Assembly: GCA_951406725.2 (NCBI GenBank)
Contig: OX597815.1
Span: 28,768,001-28,832,000, forward strand
DNA from: Octopus vulgaris
Lineage: Eukaryota
Reading direction: 5' to 3'
Length of the DNA stretch: 64,000 nt
Below the pieces are notes generated by a model that was not told the DNA's origin, made no database searches, and was given only the letters and a program-made list of their open reading frames with translations. Within the stretch, counting starts at the first letter, position 1. Each line of letters begins with the position of its first letter. This document shows positions 54,150 to 64,000 of the stretch, piece after piece. The translations under genes were made by a program, and so were the position numbers.

Positions 54150-54550
54150 TATTTGTCTGTCCTAGTTTCTTCCCTCTATGTTTAGCCCCTTGTGGGCAGT
54201 AAAGAAATAAGAAACGTTAGCACGCCGGGCGAAATGCTTAGCGGTATTTCGTCTGTCTACGTTCTGAGTTCAAATTCCGCCGAGGTCGACTTTGCCTTTC
54301 ATCCTTTCGGGGTCGATAAACTAAGTACCAGTTACGCACTGGGGTCGATATAATTAACTTAATCCGTTTGTCTGTCCTTGTTTGTCCCCTCTGTGTTTAG
54401 CCCCTTGTGGGTAGTAAAGAAATAGGTATTTCGTCTGTCTACGTTCTGAGTTCAAATTCCGCCGAGGTCGACTTTACCTTTCATCCTTTCGGGATCGATA
54501 AATTAAGTACCAGTTGAGTACTGGGGTCGATCTAATGGACTGGCCTTCTT
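54150..54550 (+). mobile_element. SINE family 1 multimer
   Basis: Junctions at ~54210 and ~54425 (GAAATAG|GTATTTC). Confidence 0.85.
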
Positions 54551-54659
54551 CCTACAGTACAAAAGAACATAAAAACAAATTATTAGTAGTTATGGACTAT
54601 GATTTGGTGCAGACTTTCAATGTCCGAGTGTAAAGAAACATGTTAAATACATATACGTG

Positions 54660-54997
54660 GCACTCCGATCAACGGAACAGCTTACTCGTGAAATTAACCT
54701 GCAAGTAACTGAGCACTCTACCGATATGTGTACCCTTAACGTAGTTCTCGGGGAGATTCAATGTGATACAGTGTGTGACAAGGTTGGCCCTTTGAAATGC
54801 AGGGACAATAGAAATAGGAAGAAAGAGTGAGAGAAAGTTGTGGTGAAAAAGTACAGCAAGGTTCGCTACCAACCCCTGCCGGAGCCTCGCAGAGCTTTAG
54901 ATGTTTTTGCTCAATAAACACTCACAACACCCGGTCTGGGAATCGAAACCGCGATCCTACGACCGCGAGTTCGCTGCCCTAACCACTAGGCCATTGT
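54660..54997 (-). mobile_element. SINE family 3
   Basis: Colinear with 29613-29997. Confidence 0.88.
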
Positions 54998-55586
54998 ACT
55001 TCACACATACACACACACACACACACACATTTTCATGCAAAAAGTTTTCAAAACTTCCAAAAATTCTGCATTTGAGTACCGAAAAATTGATCATATTCGT
55101 ACAATCTTATCTGTGCATCAGCACACATACACGCACGCACACACGCACACATATATGAACAAATACACACATACACATATGTATGTACGTTTGTAGATAA
55201 CTACAAATTTTAATGTATACGTATTATCACATTTACATATAAGCACGCCTATTACGGATGTTATATTATTCACATAAAGAATATTATTGAGTAAATACCA
55301 CGTACTCTTGTGCAAATGATAAGACTCCTCCTCATTCCTTAATCTTTTGTATGCAACCTAACACTTCACACCCGAAATGTACATGTTCATGTACACTTAC
55401 CATTAGCAGAGAGCTCTAAACCATATTTCAATGGGGACATTTTTGCCTCTTGTGCTTTAAACAACATATGTATTTACTACACATATTAGAGAAAGAGTTT
55501 GTTCTGTTATCTCTCTGCATATGAACATCTAGAACTTTCTGCTGTTTCAAATGTTAAGCAGGTCTCACAATCACTGATGGTCATTG

Positions 55587-56110
55587 CTCGGCCTCCAGCC
55601 ATTGTCATGCCGTTATAGTGTTGGCCGCCTTCCACGTCATGCCGCCCTTAACGAAATCATAAAGTACGGACTAAACGTCGCAGGCTTCCCTTCCTAGCTC
55701 GAGCCTGCAGGGCTAGACCGAGGTGACAGTAAAAAGCCTGGTGCTATGACAATTTTCCCGTTCCATGGCGGTAGGCTCCTCATCTGGGATGTCACGTAGT
55801 GTTTCAAATTCCCCAACAGCAATTTGTCGTGTTCAGTCACCATCCCAGGCTCCGCTGCTCATCAAGCTGAGCTAGGCAAACTGTCAAGGTATCGGTCGCT
55901 CTCTGGAAGGTTTATGGTCGAGTCTGTAGCAATGGAGACCACCGGCGTTCTCGCCCACCCCCACGGGTCATATTCCTATCCTCAGCGCTATCGAGGAGGA
56001 GATGGCAATCTGCATGTGCGAGCTCTGTGAGTCAGAGTGATTGTTCCAGCGCATCCTTCTGGTGCATCCTCCGGGGCAACACCTTTTCCATTTCTGTCTG
56101 CCAGGGCCAT
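55587..56110 (+). pseudogene. CRE-like non-LTR retrotransposon, restriction-like endonuclease remnant
   Basis: LSCRYSVGRLPRHAALNEIIK..GFPS*LEPAGLDRGDSKKPGAMT..LIWDVT*..GSAAHQAE..K..Y..AMETTG..FQRI..LRGN follows the CRE pattern (RH..N, EP.GL..DGKRPDG, WD.T, K..KY, ET.G, QRGN). Confidence 0.85.
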
Positions 56111-56277
56111 GAAGCTGTCTGAATTAAAGGAAATCGAGAGAATGCAAAAAACTTTGTAACTAACGACTGTAGTTGGTCATTATATCAACAAAAGACTTAT
56201 ACTATTTTTTATTTGTTTACTTTGCTTGATTTGACTTTACAATACTGGTCCCCTGTAGTCTTTTAATTTGCAAATAT

Positions 56278-56576
56278 GGAGGCACAGGCCTAATGGTTAG
56301 AGCAGCGGATTCGCGGTCGGGGGATCGCGGGTTCGAATCTCAGACCGAGCGATGTGTGTGTTTATGAGCGAAACACCTAAGCTCCACGCGGCTCCGGCAG
56401 AAGGTAATGGCGAACTTCTGCTGACTCTTTCGCCACAACTTTCTCTCACTCTTTCCTCCTGCATCTTGCAGCTCACCTGCGACGGACCGGCGTCCCGTCC
56501 AGGTGGGGAACCTATACGCCACGGAAACCGAGGAACCGGCCCTTATGAGCCAGGAATGGCTCGAGAAGGAACAAAC
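56278..56576 (+). mobile_element. SINE family 4, full length
   Basis: tRNA head plus V-like domain. TSD TTTTAATTTGCAA. Confidence 0.9.
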
Positions 56577-56639
56577 TTAACTTTTTTAATTTGCAAGGTA
56601 ACCTCACTAGTCTCGGTTACTTGAAAGTCAAAAAATACT

Positions 56640-56870
56640 TCAGATGTGATCATTTACTTCAAACTTCCCATATTTTGGACGTTGCCGCTGCTCCATGCAC
56701 AGCCAAAATAAGGTCATACGATCGATTGGCAAAGATTCCCTCACCCCTATTTTTCTTCAACCACTGGTGCACAGATGTTCTCTGTTTCTTCTAGGGCTTA
56801 CTACAACGCTTTTTGCTCCTCTGAATTAGCAATGGACATTTAATCTCCATGCGGCCTAAGAGATACATTC
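56640..56870 (+). pseudogene. possible decayed RTE-type RT fragment
   Basis: SNFPYFG..KVIRSIGK resembles F.YLGS..EV..RIGKA. Weak. Confidence 0.3.
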
Positions 56871-57046
56871 ACCTATGTTAGTATCAGCTACTGTCTTTCT
56901 TTTTCTCTTTTTCCATTCTTCCATTCTTTTTGCTTTCCACACAATTTCTACTTTCTCAGTCAATTTCTCCTTCCATTGTTTGCACAAATCATTTTTATCA
57001 CTTCCCATTTTTGGCGCACACACACACACACAAACACACACACACA

Positions 57047-57144
<98 letters not shown>

Positions 57145-57832
57145 CACACACAAACACACACACACACACAAATACAAACACACACACACACACAAACACC
57201 CCCCACACACACACACACACAAACACACACACTACCTTTTTTCTTCCTACTGAATCTCTCTCTCTCTCTCTCTCTTCTGCATATATTTCCTTATTTCTTT
57301 TTCATGTCTTTTTCTCTTTGCCTACTTCCTTATCTTCTTCCGTCTTTCCAATTCCTATCAGAGGTGCTCAACCTTATGATACTGCGCATTCTTTTGTACT
57401 TTTCACCTCAAACATCTATCAGCACATACTTTTCGGTTGACTTCACTTTAAACTCCATTACTTTTGCTCCCACCCTAACGCTTAACTTTCTGTGCAATCA
57501 CCCTCTTTTCCATTTTCATGGATCTTCTTTCTTCCCGCCTCCGCTCTCGGTGGCAATTTATACCATCAACCTTCTAAACTAATTGCTACCACCCATTCAC
57601 AAAAGAGCCGGCAAACCCGCCCTGTAGCTTTCTATTTTAGTTGTTTTTTTTCACTCTTTTTACCGCTTTACCTCCCAATGAAGCATATTTAACGTCTTGA
57701 AAGTTGTTAGTGATAACTACAAATTGTATTTTTTGTTCATACGCCTCCCAACATCACCAGATGCTCTGCCCAAGAGCTCTGCACTCAACTACAAAAATCT
57801 GCCATGCAATGTGTGTGTGTGTGTGCGCGCGC

Positions 57833-58137
<305 letters not shown>

Positions 58138-58169
58138 ATTATAACAACAGAAAGAAAGTTCTTGGCCCA

Positions 58170-58480
58170 GAAAAAAATGAGTACCGCAGTAACTGAACTG
58201 GGACGTTATTTGGCAATTTAGGCTGAAGTTTACAATCAAAAGAGCATTTCTGCAAGACAAATGATGGTCAAAACGAACTATGTATAAGAGGAAAGAAAAC
58301 AGGATTGGGAAAACTAACGAAACGTTTGCAAAAAGTTCTGGATGGTTTGACATGTATATAAAACTGTTTTGAATCCATAAGTTTATGGATTCAAAACTAC
58401 AGTGTAACAGCCAATATATTCTACTCAGATGGATACAAGGAGTTATGAAGCGGGTTATGTTGCTGAACATATTACTGATG
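58170..58480 (+). pseudogene. decayed pogo/Tigger-like transposase (CENP-B HTH) fragment
   Basis: ELGRYLAI*AEVYNQKSI.. and FAKSSGWFD..LF*IH resemble E+E..L..W+...Q and F.AS.GWF..F..R..I. Confidence 0.5.
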
Positions 58481-58619
58481 AGATGAGATTGCTGCTCTGT
58501 ATTCAAATCCAACTGTCAGTAATAAAACTTGCCAGGTTGACTTGGTTATAGATAAACTCCAAGATGATAAAATCTGTGACCTCTCACCTCATTTATCTAT
58601 AATACAGGTTCCTCATCTA

Positions 58620-59608
58620 AGGCGATAAGCTGGCAGAAAATCAACACGCCGGGCAAATGGCTTAGCGGAATTTTGTCTACATTTACGTTCTGAGTTCATA
58701 TTCCATCGAAGTCGACAAAATAAATACCAGTTGAACACAGATCGATATAATCAGCTTACTCCTTCCACAAAATCGTTGGCTTTGTGCCAAAATTTGAAAT
58801 CAATATAGTTTCTTCATTTCGGCACAGGACCACACACTAAGGAAAAGACTATAGCTGGTTAAACTGACGCGGTGTATTAACGAGTCGAAAGGTAAAGTCA
58901 GCACCGCCTGGATTTGAACTCAAGGAATAAAAGAGAGTGTGTATTATGTTGATTTCAAACATTCACATATTTAGGGGAAGTATAGACGATTATATTGATT
59001 TCAAATGTTAGCACAAGGGGAAGAAGTAAGTCGATTACATAGGCCCCAGTTTTCAACTGGGTACTTATTTTATCGTCCTCGAAAGAATGAAAGGCAATGT
59101 CGATCTCGGCGGAATTTGAACTCAGAACAAAAAGACGGACGATATGCCGCTAAGAATTTTGACCGGCGTGCTAATGATTCTACTAGCTTGCCGCTTTTAT
59201 AGCTGATTATATTGACCCCCTAAAATGAACATAACTAGTACTTTATTTTATTGACCTCGTAAAAGTTTAACCGCAACGTAGACCCGACGCGGTCGAGGTT
59301 TGAACGTAAAACATAAAATGACGTCCCGATATATCAAAATTCATTTTGTGCGTTGTTTTAACGATTCTCGAAGACCTATTTCTTTACTACCCACAAGGGG
59401 CTAAACACAGAGGGGACAAACAAGGACAGACAAACGGATTAAGTCGATTACATCGACCCCAGTGCATAACTGGTACTTATTTAATCGACCCCGAAAGGAT
59501 GAAAGGCAAAATCGACCTCGGCGGAATTTGAACTCAGAACGTAACGGCAGGCGAAATACCGCTAAGCATTTCGCCCGACGTGCAAACGTTTCTGCCAGCT
59601 CGCCGCCT
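58620..59608. mobile_element. cluster of family-1 SINEs (best copy 59376-59608, minus strand)
   Basis: Several consensus matches in both orientations. Confidence 0.8.
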
Positions 59609-60233
59609 AATGATTCTTGAATACCGCTAGTCTGAGTCCATTTATAATATAAATAGTGGACATCAACTGGTTCCATGACCTCGCTCTTTCTGACAAGTCT
59701 TCTCCAATAACTTATAGTATAAAAGTAACCACTATCCACTACAACAACGACATTCATAAAAATGACCGATAATCGTTTATTTTTCTTTCATCTATACACG
59801 GTTTTGGTCTAACGAGCAAACTGCCATCAAAGTGTTCCAGTCGCGACCAATTCATCTGTGCTTCTAACATAATATGTATTTAGGATTATGTGATCCAATA
59901 TGTCCTTCGATTTTTAAGACGGTAAAGTGTGATTTCAGACGGATTTCGAGGCTTCTTTTAGCAAGTTTAGCGATCGCTTAGAAGTTTTTTCATTGATCTA
60001 TTGTTTTGTTCTTTTTTTTTTAAAGTTCTAGTTTAGCTCTGGAGCAAAAGCATTCAATCAATTGTGACTTTCAAGTCCTTTTTTTTAAAGAATGTAGGAC
60101 CGATTTTAGGGCAATTCTTTGACAGGTTGAACGTTGATGCGTGTTTCTTCAACTTCTTTTAACAAATTGTTCCGGTTTAGTTTAAATGGCGATATAACAA
60201 TCTAAATGGCATTAAAGCAGTGCTTTGGCAAAC

Positions 60234-60424
60234 AGGTATTTCGTCTGTCGTTACGTTGTGAGTTCAAATTCCGCCGAGGTTGACTTTGCCTTTCATCCTT
60301 TCGAGGTCGATAAATTAAGTACCAGTTACGCACTGGGGCTCGATGTAATCGACTTAATACCTATGTCTGTCCTTGTTTGTCCCCTCTATGTTTAGCCCCT
60401 TCTGGGTAATAAAGAAATAGGTAT
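60234..60424 (+). mobile_element. headless family-1 SINE monomer
   Basis: Begins and ends with AGGTAT, at the multimer junction position. Confidence 0.85.
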
Positions 60425-60468
60425 ACTATGGTTATATTTATTTACTTATTTATTTTTAATGAACAACA

Positions 60469-60880
60469 GGCGTAGGAGTGGCTGTGTGGTAAGTAGCTTG
60501 CTTGCGAACCACATGGTTCAGGGTTCAGTTCCACTACGTGGCACCTTGGGTAAGTGTCTTTTACTATAGCCTCGGGCCGACCAAAGCCTTGTGAGTGGAT
60601 TTGGTCGACAGAAACTGAAAGAAGCCCGTCGTATATATGTATATAAATGTACGTGTGTGTGTGTGTATGTCTGTGTGTCTGTGTTTGTCCCCCAACATCG
60701 CTTGACAACCGATGCTGGTGTGTTTACGTCCCCGTAACGTAGCGGTTCGGCAAAAGAGACCGATAGAATAAGTACTAGGCTGACAAAGAATAAATCCTGG
60801 GGTCGATTCGTTCGACTAAAGGCAGTGCTCCAGTATGGCCGCAGTCAAATGACTGAAACAAGTAAAAGAGTAAAGGAGTA
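60469..60880 (+). mobile_element. SINE family 2
   Basis: Full head GGCGTAGGAGTGGCTGTGTGGTAAG through to the tail. Confidence 0.92.
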
Positions 60881-61944
60881 ACAGTGACAAAAACAACACC
60901 AACAATTATTACTAGTATTATTACTGCTACTGCTACTACTACATCAACAATAGTTACTATAAAAACTACAAAAATGGCTGCAAATATATCAAAACACCAA
61001 ACGCGATTGTCAACAAAAACGGCTACAAACTTCAATATTCCAGTTACGCATGCGCAGGTTTCTCCTACTCTACCACACACTCGCACCGTGTTTTTGCGTT
61101 TGTTTTTTTAAGATCTCACGCTCAGACATCCCACCTGAACAACACTCCATGTGGTAGTTGATCAAACATAAAGAAAAGCCTATATATCCACATAGTGTTG
61201 TTTGTCAGGGCGAAGTTACTATCGTGAAATATTATCGCCGGATACCTTTATTTTATTTTATTTTATTTTATTTTATTGTTTTTTATTTTTATTTTTTTCG
61301 GTTTTTCTTTTTTTTTTGCGATTTCAGGTTTTATTTGATACAACGATGTATATAACACTACGCACATACACATGCATACACACACATATATGCAAATATA
61401 AGTTATACATTTATGCGTATGTTTTAGTGCATGTCTGTATAAAATAAGATGTCTGTGTGTCTGACGGGGGGGGATGTATTGGTGAGTATATATGTGAGTA
61501 ATAAAACACAGTGAGAGAGGGGGAGAGGAGAAAGAGAAAGAGAAAGAGAGAGAGTCTGATATAGACTGAAAAACAGATTGACAGTTTCTTTTTAAACTAT
61601 TTTACCGTTTTGAATTACATTTTCACACCGACTTATAAGACGTTTTGTCAATCTTGCATTTATCCTTTGTTGTTGATTTTCCCCACGTTTCCTTTTTTTT
61701 TTTTTCGTGGATTGGATGGTGGTGGTGGTGGGGGGCATCTCTTCACTTGTTAAACAAGGTAAGCAACTTCATTCTCTCCCATTCTCTCTCTTTTCTGTCA
61801 GAATACCCCCACCTCCCCCACCTCTCTCTCATTCGCTTTCCCTTTTCACAAATTCTTTCTTACTCTCTACCTCCGTTTCTTTCTCTCTCTATGACTCTCC
61901 TCGTTTATCTTTCTCGCTCTCTTTCACTGTACATCTTATATCTT

Positions 61945-62192
61945 TAACTGATTCCAGTCATTAGACTGCAGCCATGCTGGGGCATCGCCCTGAAGAATTT
62001 TAGTCAAACGAATCGACCCCAGTACTTATTTTTTAAAGCCAAAGACTTGTTCTATCGGTCTCTTGCCGAAGAGCTATAGTAACGGGGACGTAAACACACC
62101 GACACCGATTGTAAAGCGGTGGCGGGAAACAAATACAGAGACACAGTTACACACATGCACAAGCACACACATACACACACACATACACATAA

Positions 62193-62229
<37 letters not shown>

Positions 62230-62439
62230 AAAGTGTTGTTTTGACTAATCTTGAAACGTACGTTCTCAAATAACCTAAATAGCTTTAAAAAAGTATTTTA
62301 GCTGCTATTTCTAATGAGTTCAGTATGCGGCAAAGTAATTTATTTTACTAAGCCCTTTTTTATATAATGTAATAATTTGAATTCGCCTTAAATGGTCCCT
62401 TTGCATGCTGAACACTTGGTGAGATTGATTAATAATTAA

Positions 62440-62483
<44 letters not shown>

Positions 62484-62800
62484 AGCTTCTTGCTTCTTTC
62501 AGTTTCCGTCTTCCAAATCAACTCACAAGGCATTGGTTGGCCCAAGACTATAGTAGAAGACACTCACCCAAGGTGCCAAGCAGTGGACCGAACCCAGAAC
62601 CATTTGGTTGGGAAGCATCTATTTATTTCATTAACCCATCAAAGTGTTTGTCCCCAACCACCGTTTGAGAACCGGTGTTGGTGCGTTTATGTCCCCGTAA
62701 CTTAGCGGTTCGACAAAAATAGAATATGTATCAGACTTTAGAAAAAGTGCTGAGGTTGATTCATTCAATTAAAAATTTTAATGACTGAAACAAAGAAAAG
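61945..62800. mobile_element. fragmented family-2 SINE pieces
   Basis: Minus-strand tail at 61945-62150, minus-strand head at 62480-62610, plus-strand tail at 62644-62800. Confidence 0.7.
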
Positions 62801-62976
62801 ATAAATGATAATAGATTTTCAGAAACTTAATGAATTTGTAATGTTCAATAAGGTGTCTTGTACAGGAAAGACAAAACTCATGGATGGGATTGGATTGGAA
62901 CTAAAGATATACGCACTGATATCTCATCTCTACATGTGTAATCAACTGCATGCATCAACAGAAATGAATTGATATA

Positions 62977-63485
62977 CAGTAAATCCTCGAGTATAGTCCC
63001 CCTTGAGTATAATACGCAGGGGATTTTTAGGGGGCAGTAACTCTGAAAAACCAAAACCTTGTGTATAATACGCACCCCTCCTCTAACTTGAGTCAAGGAG
63101 GTCTATATAACGTCCTTGGTTTGTAAAAATGTATACGGTAACGTCCTTTATTATTATTGCATATATAACATAATGCAAACGTGTAGCTTTTTTGTGCATT
63201 TTGTTTGCAGAAAATAAAGAAATAACAGTAATAACGTTTAATAAATGTTGTTTATTGCAAGTTATGGATGATTCTTCTATGACTTCATTGCTTTCAGGTT
63301 TAGTTTAATGTATTTTCGCGCCCGACATCACAAAATGCGTCTGAATAAACATTGCCGGACAGCAAATAGACTCAGACATTGCTTAGAAAATAATTTTCAT
63401 TTTTAACCTCGTATATAGTACGCACTAGGGATTTTGACCATTAAATTTTGGAGAAAAAATGCGGATTATACTCGAGAATTTACGG
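62977..63485. mobile_element. Tc2/pogo-like MITE, second copy (inverted)
   Basis: TIRs C(A)GTAAATCCTCGAGTATA / TATACTCGAGAATTTACGG with TA TSDs. ~30 bp longer than 19733-20212. Confidence 0.92.
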
Positions 63486-64000
63486 TAGGTAGATATATGC
63501 TTAATTGAAACCATTACTTTAACTAATTAATCTGCACACTACTGAATAATCGGTGAGACGCATAACTTTCAGGTTTAGATGTGTTGAAGTAATTAGATGT
63601 TGTGGTTACAGAGATTAACATCGATTAATATGTATGGTGTCTCAGATACTGGTCTGCTGCAGTTATGCATATGCTGTAATTGAAACAATACTGGTAAGTA
63701 CAGAACAAATAAAATTGCGAATCCTTTTATAAATTTTTTGATTGTTAATGTTCCTTGGGATAACAATACATATTCATTGTAGAGGTTTGATGATTATTCT
63801 GAATGGATGATCGTGCTGTCTAATGACAAAATGTGTTCCAGCCGTGGCCACTCTTTCCACAAATATGAAACCATATTACTGAATGCCATCTTTTTAAAAT
63901 AATACAGTATGAGTAAGGGATGTGACGATTATTTCTAACAGGACGTGTTAGAAACTCCTGCTCAGTAATATACGGAAGTTCGGTTAGTTCATTCATTCCT

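Overview
AT-rich, repeat-saturated eukaryotic DNA. The tRNA-SINE families and the extreme (TA)n/(CA)n/(TACA)n load resemble octopus (coleoid cephalopod) genomes; this is recognition, not a database result. I find no intact host gene, and nearly all listed ORFs are microsatellite or SINE artefacts. The window is a TE graveyard: CR1-, RTE-, R4/Dong- and CRE-type LINE remnants, a Penelope-like (PLE) RT remnant, a deleted Helitron, a non-autonomous Helitron, mariner/Tc2-type MITEs and at least four tRNA-derived SINE families. Three signals stand out. (1) About a dozen minimal type-I hammerhead ribozyme (HHR) motifs sit in small inverted- or direct-repeat elements embedded in microsatellites. They include a 362-bp retrozyme-like unit with a U3-A8 core covariation and a family with a fixed A6U core. 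(2) A family of foldback elements shares a mini-hairpin plus GAAATAGCAGTCAAA motif and an asymmetric tail. (3) Head-to-tail SINE multimers reuse one precise palindromic junction at independent loci. All structures were read by eye, and boundaries are approximate unless a TSD is quoted.
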